DNA of 64,000 nt from an uncultured Bacilli bacterium (lineage in GTDB: Bacteria > Bacillota_I > Bacilli_A > RF39 > UBA660): assembly GCA_934086955.1 (NCBI GenBank), contig CAKOIN010000002.1, forward strand, positions 73,401-137,400. Direction: 5' to 3'. Within the stretch, counting starts at the first letter, position 1; each line of letters starts with the position of its first letter. The notes beneath the pieces are model-generated. The model worked only from the letters and a program-made list of their open reading frames with translations, did no database searches and had not been told where the DNA came from. Both the position numbers and the translations under genes were made by a program. This document shows, one piece after another, positions 50,601-60,300 of this stretch.

Positions 50601-50719
50601 ATAGAGATTATATTATGGATGAAGTACTTGCCCTTACATTAGAACAAAGTGATAAAGCAGAAACTGAATTCAAAATAAATGATTATAGTATGACTGTATC
50701 AATAAAACAAGTAAAATAA
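47624..50719 (+). CDS. ileS: isoleucine--tRNA ligase, type 2 (long form)
   Basis: 1031 aa with GPATANGNPGLHHMIAKFLKD and KMHKSKGN. The start was moved to ATG 47624, behind AAGGAGG. Confidence 0.95.
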   Translation: MKEFESLRNKPVEENEKILIDFWKNDNILNKSIEQRSKNSNYVFYDGPATANGNPGLHHMIAKFLKDTFCKYQTMKGNRVIRKIGWDTHGLPVEVQVEKELHFDGKKDIEKYGIEKFNEKCKESVWTNVDAFNRLTDEMGQLIDLENPYITYDNSYIETEWYILKKFFDEGLFYEGVKIVPWCPRCGTGLASHEVAQGYESVTANTVIVPFKKKDSDEYFLVWTTTPWTLIANLALCVNPDEDYVTVESKGYKFILAEKLAPSVIGEDYTVLEKYKGKDLEYTEYEQLMPFIDVKGKAFMVLCDNYVTTEDGTGVVHIAPAYGQDDANVCKKYKITYVNPVGEDGKYTEGPWKGQNVFEVDEIIIKWLKENDKLFKKIKMEHDYPHCWRCHHPLLYYSRPSYYLEITKIKDKIVEANKTVNWFPTFVGEKRFGNWLENLNDWAISRNRYWGTPLPLWRCECGHMEMIGSRDELAEKAIETVDPKTIDLHRPYVDNIHIKCPHCGKEMTRCEEVIDCWFDSGSMPFAQYHYPFENKELWESQFPADFISEGIDQTRGWFYSLLVISVFLTGKSPYKNVLVNELLLDKNGQKMHKSKGNSIEPFSLIHKYGADPIRWYIAYASPVWTPLKFDEDGVKEANSKLFSTLKNTYTFFEMYANADKLSLKDFDISYDKLDQIDYWLLSKYNNLVKNVTLNMDKYDLNKTVHLIQDFVCDDLSNWYIRRNRRRFWESELTDSKKAVYKTTYDVLVGLCKLIAPISPFLSEEIYQKLTGEESVHLADYPVCDESLIDEKLEEKMDLVIELISYTRNIREEAKIKVRQPIKEVIFEEKYKSLAGEFENLFKEELNVKEINWTDDLSNYISVSYKPNFKVVGQVLGSNIKAFTEYLNNISKEDSETLENGNLTINLNGNEYNIDSSYVLKTINGKDGYKAVMLNHKTVIINTTLDQKLINEGIAREIVSKVQNLRKTSGFDISDRIDMIYNGQKEIVDAIDEYRDYIMDEVLALTLEQSDKAETEFKINDYSMTVSIKQVK

Positions 50720-50741
50720 TGGTTCTTTTGAACCATTTTTA
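50718..50741 (+). terminator. intrinsic terminator after ileS
   Basis: Stem AATGGTTC/GAACCATT followed by a T-run. Confidence 0.7.
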
Positions 50742-50790
50742 CTTGTCTATTTTTAAAACTTATTATATACTTAATACAGTAGGTGATTTA

Positions 50791-51270
50791 ATGAAAAAGT
50801 TATTAGTAATTATATTTTTATTTTTTATAGGTATATTTAGTGTATCAGCTAAAACTATAAATAATGAAATAATAAGTAATAAATTACAAAATATATCAAC
50901 AATTAGTAATGAAAAGATGTCAATGTTAAATTCGAAAGTGTTAATTGCATCAGCTCCATCTTTTGCAGGAGAGTCAAATCCATTTGGACCAAAAGGTGAT
51001 ACTTGTACTAAAGTATTAGGAGAAACTTTTTCTGCTTTAGTAAAAGAAGCTATAAAGTGGGTAAGAATAGCAGGAGCAATTATTGCAATTGTTAATGCTA
51101 TGATGAAACTAATACCAGCTGTTATGTCAAAAGATGCAGAAGCACTTAATAAAGCAATTAAAACATGTATAACAATGGCAATAGTTTTAGTATTCTGTGT
51201 ATTATTTGGATGGTTACTTGAAACACTAGGAAAACTATTTAAATGGGATGTATCTTGTATAGTTGGATAA
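50791..51270 (+). CDS. secreted/membrane hypothetical protein
   Basis: Signal peptide MKKLLVIIFLFFIGIFSVSA and two C-terminal hydrophobic helices. The start was moved downstream of the terminator. Confidence 0.45.
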   Translation: MKKLLVIIFLFFIGIFSVSAKTINNEIISNKLQNISTISNEKMSMLNSKVLIASAPSFAGESNPFGPKGDTCTKVLGETFSALVKEAIKWVRIAGAIIAIVNAMMKLIPAVMSKDAEALNKAIKTCITMAIVLVFCVLFGWLLETLGKLFKWDVSCIVG

Positions 51271-51272
51271 TA

Positions 51273-51974
51273 TTAAATTTTATTATTTTTAATAAATTCT
51301 CTGAGCATTTTAATTAATGCTCTTTTTTCTATTCTAGAAACATAACTTCTTGAAATTCTAAGTTTTTTAGCAATTTCTTTCTGTGTTTTTTCTTCTTCAT
51401 TTAAAAGCCCATACCTCATCTTAATTATCTCAAGTTCTCTTTTATTAAGCACATTTAAATATTTAGATAAATTCCTAATATTATCTTTAAATTCTATAGT
51501 AGTTTCTATACTTTCAGTATGTTCTTCAAGTACATCCATTAATGTTATATCTCCTCCATCTTTATCATGAGCAATAACATCATTTAAACTGATGTTAGTA
51601 TTATATTTTTTATTACTCCTAAAATACATAAGTATTTCATTTTCAGCACATTTAGCAGCATAAGTAGTAAGTTTAACACCCTTATTAGCACTATAAGAGT
51701 CAATACCTTTAATAAGACCAATTGTACCAATACTAATGAGATCATCAGCGGAAACTCCCTTTGTTTCATATTTTTTAACTATATGAGCAACTAGTCTTAA
51801 ATTATGTTCAATAAGTTTGTTTCTAGCATCTTTGTCCCCTTCAAGTAATTTTTCAATACATTCATTTTCTTCTTTAGTACTAAGAGGTTTATCAAATACA
51901 TTTAAAGAATAACTAGTAGTAAAAATCATTATTTCTTTTAAAAATTCTTTTATTTTATTAAACAATATAATCAC
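51273..51974 (-). CDS. sigK: sporulation sigma factor SigK (pro-form, uninterrupted)
   Basis: Motifs LIEHNLRLVAHIVKKY, DLISIGTIGLIKGIDSY and EIAKKLRISRSYVSRIEKRAL closely match SigK. The start codon is ambiguous (GTG 51974 or TTG 51965). Confidence 0.85.
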   Translation of the reverse strand: MIILFNKIKEFLKEIMIFTTSYSLNVFDKPLSTKEENECIEKLLEGDKDARNKLIEHNLRLVAHIVKKYETKGVSADDLISIGTIGLIKGIDSYSANKGVKLTTYAAKCAENEILMYFRSNKKYNTNISLNDVIAHDKDGGDITLMDVLEEHTESIETTIEFKDNIRNLSKYLNVLNKRELEIIKMRYGLLNEEEKTQKEIAKKLRISRSYVSRIEKRALIKMLREFIKNNKI

Positions 51975-52185
51975 CTAATTAATAATATGTAAAGCAAACA
52001 AATTAATGCTAAATTAATCTTTTGTAGGTAATACCTGGCTTTATGTTTTTTATAATCAAAAATTCAAAAAAGTCAAGATGTAAAATTTTATTTTTTTAAT
52101 AAAAAATATGCTAAAAAACATTTACAAAAAAATAAGTCCGTGATATTCTTAACTTGGTAATAGAAAACGAAGGTGAGGTAAAAAA

Positions 52186-54477
52186 ATGGAAAAAGATTTC
52201 CTAGACGATCTAGTGGTTGTCAAAAGAAGTGGTCAGAGGGTTAGCTTTAACGATGCTAAGATTGCATTAGCCGTTAAAAAAGGATTTGATAGTGTATACG
52301 AAGAATATGATGAGAAAAATGTATACAAAGTTAAAGAGAAAGTTTTAGATCAAATCAGAAAAGAATACAAAGATAGAAAAACTATTGGAGTAGAAGATGT
52401 ATCTGATGTTATTGAAGAAGTTCTTAAAAAATTAAAATATAACGAAGTATATGAATCGTTTAAAGGATATAGAGAAAGAAGAGATGCATCAAGAGAAGCA
52501 TTTGTAGTTAAACAACAACATAAATTTGTAAAAGCAATTGAATCACTTGGACTTAAAAGTGCAGGAGAAGAAAATTCAAAAAGAGAGAATGCTAATGTTG
52601 ATGGAGATGGTCCAATGGGAACTATGTTACATTTTGGATCAACCGTATCAAGAGAATTTGCAAAAGCATATTTAATGGATAACAAATATAGTAGAGCTCA
52701 TGATGAAGGTGCAATTCATATTCATGATTTAGATTTCTGGGCAATGGGAACTACAACATGTATGCAAATAGATTTAAATAAACTATTTAAAAACGGTTTT
52801 TCAACAGGACATGGTTATCTTAGAACACCAAATAGCATTGGAAGTTATTCAGCACTAGCAGCAATAGCAATTCAAGCAAACCAAAACGAACAACATGGTG
52901 GTCAAAGTATTCCAGCATTTGATTATTATATGGCACCAGGAGTTCTAAAAACATTTAAAAAAGAATTTAAACAAGCCATATATAATTATTTAGATTTTGA
53001 AGGATTTAAAGAATTAATTAATTTTAATAAAGTAACTGATATTATTGATAAATTAGAAAGTATTGAAACAGACTTAAATGTATTTGATGAATTTATGTCA
53101 AAGAGTACAAGACTTAAAGAAATTTTTGAAAGTTCATATGAAAATGCTATGAAGAGAACTGATAGAGCTACTTATCAAGCTATGGAAGCATTTATTCATA
53201 ATTTAAATACGATGCATAGTAGAGCAGGAGCACAAGTTCCATTTAGTTCAGTAAACTTTGGTACAGATACAAGTGCTGAAGGAAGAATGGTTGTTAAAAA
53301 TTATCTATTAGCTACTGAATCAGGCCTTGGTCATGGAGAAACTCCAATATTCCCAATTTCAATATTTAAAGTTAAAGAAGGAGTTAATTACTTTAAAGAA
53401 GATAAAAACTATGATCTATTTAGATTAGCTTGTAGAGTATCAGCAAAAAGATTATTTCCAAACTTTTCATTTATCGATGCTCCATTCAATATTAAATATT
53501 ATGTTCCAGGAGACTTCAATACAGAAGTAGGTTATATGGGATGTAGAACAAGAGTTCTTGCTAATGTATGTGGTCCATCAGTTACACCTGGTCGTGGAAA
53601 TTTAAGCTTTACTTCAATCAATTTACCAAGACTTGGTATTAAATATGGAATTGCTCTTGGAGAAAGAAATAAAGCAGATATGAAAGCTTTCTATAAAGAA
53701 CTTGATGAAACTATGGATTTAGTAAAAGGACAATTACTTCAAAGATTTGAATGTCAATGTTCAAAATCAAGAGCTAACTTTAAGTTCTTACTCGGTTCAG
53801 GAGTTTGGTTAAATAGTGAAAAACTAGAAAATAATAGTAAACTTAGAACAGTTTTAAAGCATGGAACATTATCAATTGGTTTCATTGGTCTTGCAGAAAC
53901 ATTAAAAGCTTTAATTGGTGAACACCATGGTGAAAGTGAAAAAGCTCAAAAACTTGGCTTAGAAATAATCGGACATATGAGAAAAAAATGTGACGAGTAT
54001 ACTAAAGAGTATAATTTAAACTTTACATGCTTAGCAACACCAGCAGAAGGTCTTTCTGGAAGATTTGTTGCAATAGATAGATCAATATATGGAAAAATAA
54101 AAGGAGTTACTGATAGAGATTATTATACTAACTCATTCCATGTACCTGTTTATTATAAAACAAGTGTTAAACATAAACTTGAAGTTGAAGGTAAATATCA
54201 TGAGCTTACAAATGCAGGTCATATTTCATATATAGAACTTGATGGAGATACAGTTAACAATGTAGATGCATTTGAAACAGTAGTTAGAATAATGCATGAT
54301 TGTGGTATTGGATATGGAGCAATTAACCATCCAGTAGATAGAGATCCAGTTTGTGGATATGTAGGGGTTATAAAAGATGTTTGTCCAAGATGTGGAAGAC
54401 ATGAAAATGAAGGCATTGAAATGGAAAAAATATCTTGTGCAGATTGTTTCGATAGCTGTGGAAGCTTAACAAAATAA
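52186..54477 (+). CDS. nrdD: anaerobic ribonucleoside-triphosphate reductase, large part (ATP-cone, barrel and Zn ribbon) without the glycyl-radical loop
   Basis: N-terminal ATP cone (VVKRSGQRVSFNDAKI), class III core and C-terminal CPRCG...CADC. The ORF ends before any RxxGY motif. Confidence 0.9.
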   Translation: MEKDFLDDLVVVKRSGQRVSFNDAKIALAVKKGFDSVYEEYDEKNVYKVKEKVLDQIRKEYKDRKTIGVEDVSDVIEEVLKKLKYNEVYESFKGYRERRDASREAFVVKQQHKFVKAIESLGLKSAGEENSKRENANVDGDGPMGTMLHFGSTVSREFAKAYLMDNKYSRAHDEGAIHIHDLDFWAMGTTTCMQIDLNKLFKNGFSTGHGYLRTPNSIGSYSALAAIAIQANQNEQHGGQSIPAFDYYMAPGVLKTFKKEFKQAIYNYLDFEGFKELINFNKVTDIIDKLESIETDLNVFDEFMSKSTRLKEIFESSYENAMKRTDRATYQAMEAFIHNLNTMHSRAGAQVPFSSVNFGTDTSAEGRMVVKNYLLATESGLGHGETPIFPISIFKVKEGVNYFKEDKNYDLFRLACRVSAKRLFPNFSFIDAPFNIKYYVPGDFNTEVGYMGCRTRVLANVCGPSVTPGRGNLSFTSINLPRLGIKYGIALGERNKADMKAFYKELDETMDLVKGQLLQRFECQCSKSRANFKFLLGSGVWLNSEKLENNSKLRTVLKHGTLSIGFIGLAETLKALIGEHHGESEKAQKLGLEIIGHMRKKCDEYTKEYNLNFTCLATPAEGLSGRFVAIDRSIYGKIKGVTDRDYYTNSFHVPVYYKTSVKHKLEVEGKYHELTNAGHISYIELDGDTVNNVDAFETVVRIMHDCGIGYGAINHPVDRDPVCGYVGVIKDVCPRCGRHENEGIEMEKISCADCFDSCGSLTK

Positions 54478-54504
54478 TTTATTTAAAGGAAAGGAATAAT
54501 TAAA

Positions 54505-54663
54505 ATGGATAAAGAAGTTAAAAAAAGTAAAAAAGTTGTTGGAGAAGGTGTAGGATTTGAAAGAATCAGAAGAATTACTGGATATTTAGTTGGAACATTA
54601 GATAGATTTAATAATGCTAAGAAAGCTGAAGTTAACGACAGAGTAACTCATGCTACAAAGTAA
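54505..54663 (+). CDS. stand-alone glycyl-radical tail of NrdD (52 aa)
   Basis: My own translation is MDKEVKKSKKVVGEGVGFERIRRITGYLVGTLDRFNNAKKAEVNDRVTHATK. It matches the NrdD C-terminal pattern RRVCGYLG...FNAGKxxEVxxRVxH. It has its own RBS (AAAGGAAAGGAA). It lies in the same frame as nrdD, but two stops intervene. Confidence 0.75.
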   Translation: MDKEVKKSKKVVGEGVGFERIRRITGYLVGTLDRFNNAKKAEVNDRVTHATK

Positions 54664-55219
54664 TGAATATATTCGTTTAGCAGCTGATCTTCAAAGTGAT
54701 TCAATAGTTGATGGCCCAGGATTAAGAGCAGTTATTTGGACACAAGGTTGTTCTCATAACTGCAAAGGTTGTCAAAATCCAGGTACACACGATTTTAATG
54801 GTGGTGGACTAGTACCAATAAAAATGGTTTGCGATGCAATTGATGAACTTGAATACCATACTGGAATCACATTTAGTGGAGGAGATCCTATGTTCCAACC
54901 AGTTGCATGTAACGAAATAGCAAAATATGCAAAAAGTAAAGGTTATAATATTTGGGTATATACAGGTTTTACATTTGAAGAATTAATAGAAATGTCAGAA
55001 AAGAATCCAATATATACAGAATTCTTACATAATATAGATGTTTTAGTAGATGGAAGATTCATTTTAGAACAAAGAGATTTATCACTATTATTTAGAGGTT
55101 CAAAGAATCAAAGATTAATAGACATCAAAAAAACATTTATAAATGGTGAAGTAACCTTACTAGATGAATATGTATATAATGAAACAAAAGTATTTGAAAA
55201 AGAGCCAATGTTTGTATAA
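54650..55219 (+). CDS. nrdG: anaerobic ribonucleotide reductase activating protein (radical SAM)
   Basis: IVDGPGLRAVIWTQGCSHNCKGCQNPGTHDF. It overlaps the 52-aa ORF by 14 nt. Confidence 0.85.
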   Translation: MLQSNEYIRLAADLQSDSIVDGPGLRAVIWTQGCSHNCKGCQNPGTHDFNGGGLVPIKMVCDAIDELEYHTGITFSGGDPMFQPVACNEIAKYAKSKGYNIWVYTGFTFEELIEMSEKNPIYTEFLHNIDVLVDGRFILEQRDLSLLFRGSKNQRLIDIKKTFINGEVTLLDEYVYNETKVFEKEPMFV

Positions 55220-55269
55220 TTGGTTCTTTTATTTGATAATGCAATAATTAAAATGAAAGGAGTGATTAA

Positions 55270-55998
55270 ATGAAAGAAAATACAAAAAGATTTATAGTAA
55301 CATTACTAGCTACAACAACAGTACTTACAGTAAGTGCTTGTTCATCTGAAAAAGAAGACACTATAGATGAAGAAAAAACAATAAATAGTGAACTTAAGAA
55401 AAATGCTGAAGCAGAAGTAGCAAGTTTCATCCCAATTGAAGATAATTTAGATGAATTAGTAGAACTTGAAAATTCACTTTATGATTATAAACAATACTTA
55501 TATTGTAGAAAATCTGAAGTTTATCGTGATGGTGTTCGTGAAATTTCAAATAGTTATAAATTAGAAGACGAATTACTTGATTTACCAGAACAAAAATTAA
55601 TATATTTTGGTTATAGAGAAGATAGTGATCCAAATGGAAATAAAGTAATGGTAAAAGATAAAGAAGGAAATAGTATAGAAGAATTAATTAGCGAAGGATA
55701 CACTTATATTAGAGCTAATGATATATATGAATATTGTGATCAAGAACTAATTATATCGCATATGTTTTATGGTTATAGAATAGAAACTTTACCAACAGGT
55801 GAGAATACAATATATAGAAGTGAACCAACTTCATCAATAGAAGAACTAATAGATAAAGGATATACTCATATTAAACAAGGAGAAATATATTATGCATATG
55901 ACACTATAACGGGAAAATTCATAGAATTTCAAGATACAATGGGTACTGAAAAAGTAAAAATACAAGAATTAACTCTAAAGAAATCATCATTAAACTGA
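55270..55998 (+). CDS. lipoprotein, function unknown
   Basis: Signal peptide with lipobox LTVSAC. Confidence 0.55.
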   Translation: MKENTKRFIVTLLATTTVLTVSACSSEKEDTIDEEKTINSELKKNAEAEVASFIPIEDNLDELVELENSLYDYKQYLYCRKSEVYRDGVREISNSYKLEDELLDLPEQKLIYFGYREDSDPNGNKVMVKDKEGNSIEELISEGYTYIRANDIYEYCDQELIISHMFYGYRIETLPTGENTIYRSEPTSSIEELIDKGYTHIKQGEIYYAYDTITGKFIEFQDTMGTEKVKIQELTLKKSSLN

Positions 55999-56081
55999 TG
56001 ATTTTTTCTATTTTTAAAAAGATTGTAAAATAATACTAAATATGCTATAATCTAAACGACAAAAGAAAGGAAGTGATAACT

Positions 56082-57365
56082 ATGTTTATAGATGAAGTTA
56101 ATTTAAAACTTATTGCTGGTAAAGGTGGAGATGGATGTACTTCATTTTTAAGAGAAAAATATGTACCATTAGGAGGACCAGATGGTGGCAATGGTGGTAA
56201 AGGTGGAAGTATAATCTTTAAAGCTGATAAAGGTCTTCGTACTCTTATTGATTTAAGATATAAAAAAATAATAAAAGGTAATAATGGCAATATGGGTAGA
56301 GGAAGAAATCAAACAGGTCAATCAGCAGAAGACATAGTTATCATTGTTCCAATTGGTACTACTATTAAAGATACAGATACAAATTTAATTATTTGTGATT
56401 TAGTTACAGATGGACAAGAATGTACAGTTGCTCATGGTGGAAGAGGTGGCAAAGGAAATGCTGCTTTTATGACTAATAAAAATAAAGCACCATATACAAG
56501 TGAGCTTGGAGAACCAGGAGAGGAAAGAAATGTACTTTGTGAACTTAAATTATTAGCTGATGTAGGTCTTGTGGGATTTCCAAGTGTTGGTAAAAGTTCA
56601 TTAATATCTGTAATAAGTGCGGCTAAACCAAAAATCGCAGATTATCATTTTACAACTCTTGTTCCAAATTTAGGAGTAGTAAAAGCTGGAGACTACAGTT
56701 ATGTAGTTGCAGATCTTCCAGGAATGATAGAAGGTTCTAGTGAAGGAATAGGGCTTGGTGATAAGTTCTTAAGACATGCTAGCCGTTGTAAAATAGTAGC
56801 TCATGTTTTAGATATGGGACAAGTAGACGGAAGAGATGTTATTGAAGATTATAAAATAATAAGAAATGAAATTAAGAAATATGATGAAAATCTATATAAT
56901 AAAAAAGAAATCATAGTGGCAAATAAAATGGATTTACAAGTTTCAAAAGAAAATTTAGAGAGATTTAAAAAAGAATTTCCAGAAGCAGAAATTATAGAAG
57001 TAAGTGCTGCTACAAAAGAAGGAACAAAAGAATTAATATTTAAATTAAAAGAATTATTAGAAAGTCTTCCAGAAGAAGAATTATATAATAAAAATGAATT
57101 TGAAGATTATGTATTATACGAATTTAAACATGAAAAACCATATAAGATACAAAAAGTTGGCGAAGGTAAGTGGAAAGTTACTGGAGATGAATTAGAAAAA
57201 CTTTTAAGAATGACTAGATTTAATTCAGATGAATCTGCTTTAAGATTTGCATCTAAATTAAAAAGACTTGGTATTGATGCAGAACTTAAAACACTTGGTG
57301 CTAAAGAAGGAGATACAGTTCAAATTTTAGATCAAGAGTTTGAATACGAAGAAAGATTATATTAA
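56082..57365 (+). CDS. obg: GTPase Obg
   Basis: Gly-rich Obg fold (AGKGGDGCTSFLREKYVPLGGPDGGNGGKGGSIIF), GTPase motif GFPSVGKSS and a TGS-like C-terminus. The start was moved to ATG 56082. Confidence 0.95.
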   Translation: MFIDEVNLKLIAGKGGDGCTSFLREKYVPLGGPDGGNGGKGGSIIFKADKGLRTLIDLRYKKIIKGNNGNMGRGRNQTGQSAEDIVIIVPIGTTIKDTDTNLIICDLVTDGQECTVAHGGRGGKGNAAFMTNKNKAPYTSELGEPGEERNVLCELKLLADVGLVGFPSVGKSSLISVISAAKPKIADYHFTTLVPNLGVVKAGDYSYVVADLPGMIEGSSEGIGLGDKFLRHASRCKIVAHVLDMGQVDGRDVIEDYKIIRNEIKKYDENLYNKKEIIVANKMDLQVSKENLERFKKEFPEAEIIEVSAATKEGTKELIFKLKELLESLPEEELYNKNEFEDYVLYEFKHEKPYKIQKVGEGKWKVTGDELEKLLRMTRFNSDESALRFASKLKRLGIDAELKTLGAKEGDTVQILDQEFEYEERLY

Positions 57366-57395
57366 TAAAAAAGAATAAATATTTTGGGGGAAAAT

Positions 57396-60300
57396 ATGTT
57401 TTGGTGGATTACTTATAAGAATATATTAGATTATCTAGAATTTAGTACTGATAGTAATGAACAAAAAGAAAAAATAATTTCAAGAAATAAAAAATCTATA
57501 TCTTCAAAAATAAATAAATTAGATGTTGATAAAATTATTCATTATTTGTTAGATGTAGACTTACCATTATCAGTAAGAAAGCTAATAAATGATAAAATAA
57601 ATGAATTATATAGTAAAAAGGATTCTATTATGCTTAAATTAGTAGCTAATAGAACTTTTAGCATTGAAGAATTATACCATTTACATACAAATTATCCAAA
57701 TAATGACTTTATAGATAAAATTATTAAAGAATCAACATTTGATTCTCCATATAAAAATATTTTAGATGAAAATATACCATTTGAATATAAAAAAATATAT
57801 ATTGATGTTTATAAAGAAGATTTCAGAGTATTATGCAATATATTAAAAGTTACAAAAGATGAAGAAGTGATATCTTATGTTATTGATAGCCATGATTATT
57901 CAACTCAAGTAATAGCATCAATATTATTTGATTTAGAAGTTGATCCTAAAATAAAAAAAGAGGTTTTAAAAAAACAAATTAATGCCGACAATATCATTGG
58001 AGTTTTATCTTCACCACTAACAGCAAACAAAGAAATAAGAAAAGAAATAGTAGAAGCAAAATATCCAGAATTAGTTCTAGCTGTTTTAAAATTAAATAAA
58101 CAAGAAATTAGTTCAATGATTAGATATGATAGTCATAATCATGAAACAATCGATTTAATAATAAGAAATAGAAGAAAAACCTTAGAAGAAGCAATAAAAG
58201 AAATAAAAATAGAAAATTTATTTTCAAGTATAATTAATTGTTCACACAAGCCACTAACTGATTTAATAATTGAGATAAGAAAAGATGATCTTGGACTTGC
58301 AGTAGAAAAAATTAAATATCAGAATTTAGCAAACATTTTAGCTTCAACAGCAATACCATCAAAATATAAAGAAATAATATTAAAAAATAGAAGCGAACAA
58401 TTAGAAAAAGATATCAATAAACTACATATATCTACAATACTTTCATATTTAAGAAGTCCTGATATAGAAGAATCAATTAAAAAATTATCCTTTGATTTAA
58501 GATTCAATGATATAGTTAATGAAATAACAGACTTTTCGTTTTATCAAGTGTTAGGTTATTATTTTGATGAAAATTGTTATGGGGATCTAAATAAATTAAT
58601 TGTTAAATTATGTGTAAGTAGTACAAATATATTTAGAATACTAAATAGTCAATATTTAAAAAAAGAAAAATGTATTCATTTAATAAATGAAAAAAATTAT
58701 TTAATTGCTGAAATGTTAAATAATATGCAGTTAGTTGATTTAATGGTAATAAGAACAGAACCAGATATTCCGATGGATTTTAAAGAAATAATTGTAGAAA
58801 ATAATAAAGGATTAATAAGAAAAAGATTAACAGAATCTATAGGTTTATCTTTTGCTCTAGCATCCAATTTAAAAGGAGTACCACACTCTATAAAAGAAAT
58901 GGTAATAGAAGAATTAAAACTAAATAAAGATGAAGTGGATAATATATTTATATTAAGTAAATATTGTAATCGTGATATATTATTAAAAAAATATAACGAA
59001 TTAAAAGAATATATAAATAGTTTAGGAATAGATTTTTCATCATTCTTACAATATGGAGCAGGAAGTACAAAATATAAGAATTGGTTTAATTCAATAAATA
59101 ATATATTAGTTAGAAATAAAAAAGAAGAATTTAAAATTGTAAAAGAATATTTCTTTAAAAATTATTACAATAGTTCTAAAGATAGTACAATAAATACAAT
59201 TGAAAACTTCTTAGAAATATTAACTAATTTTGATAAATATTATGATTTATTCATGTATTTTGCAACTAATAATTATATTTTATCAAAAGAAGAAAAAGAA
59301 AATATAAGTTTCTTATTTAGTAATGAACAATCAGTTATAATTGAAGAACCTAAAGATTTAAGTGAAGCTAGAAATGAATTATGTGAACGATATAAAAGAA
59401 TGATAAATAAAGAAGATTTAACATTAAATGAAATAAAAGAAATGTTTAACAGTATATTATTTTGTGATTCAAATAAGACAATTAGTAGAATAGGTGGAAC
59501 CCTAGGACTAGCAAAGTTAAAATCAATGAATAGTAATTCAAAAACAATGGTTGATTATATAAATGTTTTAATGGAATATGTATCTTTAATAGAAATAGTT
59601 AATCTTTCTACCAATACTGAAGGATTAAAAAGAGCATTTAAATCGCTTTTAGATAATAATATGGAAGAATTTATTAAAATGCAAAGTGAATATAATAAAT
59701 TATCAGATAGAATAAAAAAACTATATGAATTAGATTCACAAATAAATTTAACTAAAATTGATAAAGCAAGAAATATGAAATCAGTGTATAATGAAAAACT
59801 AAGTGAAAAATATGGAACAACCACTCTTGATTTTAGTGATAAAAATTATGCTTTATATGCTCATATATTAAGTGATAGAGAAAACATGGAAGACTTAATA
59901 AAAGGAAGAGCTGCTGGAGATAAAAATTTTATTTCTTTAAGTCCAATAAGTTATTTAGGTCAAAAATATTATTATGGTATAAATTATAAAGTGACATTTG
60001 CTTATGACACTATACCAGATGGCAATTTTATATGCAGTTCTAGAGAAAATATGGGTAGTAATGATTTAATAAATCAAAATTCAAGTGAAGTTAAAGAAAG
60101 AGAAAATGAACAACTTGGAATATTAGATACTAGTGCTGTAACAAGAAACAATGCAGAAGCATTACTTTATAGAGAAGGTTTAAAGCCATCAGGAATAATA
60201 TTAGTTGGTGGTAGAAAGCCAACGGATGAAGAAATATCAATAAGTATAAAATATGATTTACCACTTATAATAACCCAAGAAAAAGATAGTAAAGTTAAAA

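Noticed and set aside
51273-51974. Checked sigK for interruption by a skin-like element.
   Set aside because: The ORF is continuous, covering the pro-sequence through region 4.2 in 233 aa. No intervening element is present.
51975-52185. Looked for NrdR boxes or a cobalamin riboswitch upstream of nrdD.
   Set aside because: No 16-bp NrdR-type palindrome (ACACwAtATaTwGTGT-like) and no conserved riboswitch core is visible. There is only a plausible TTTACA-17-TATTCT promoter.
54470-54510. The nrdD split might simply be a single-base sequencing frameshift.
   Set aside because: It is not a frameshift, because the tail ORF is in the same frame as nrdD. There are two separate in-frame stop codons plus a purine-rich RBS and an ATG, so at least two substitutions would be needed. 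An assembly error cannot be excluded without reads, so the split is reported as a finding with that caveat.
56045-56290. A minus-strand ORF with a PPLPPLPPSGPP tract.
   Set aside because: It is the reverse complement of the glycine-rich Obg fold (GGDG...GGPDGGNGGKGG), so it is an artefact.
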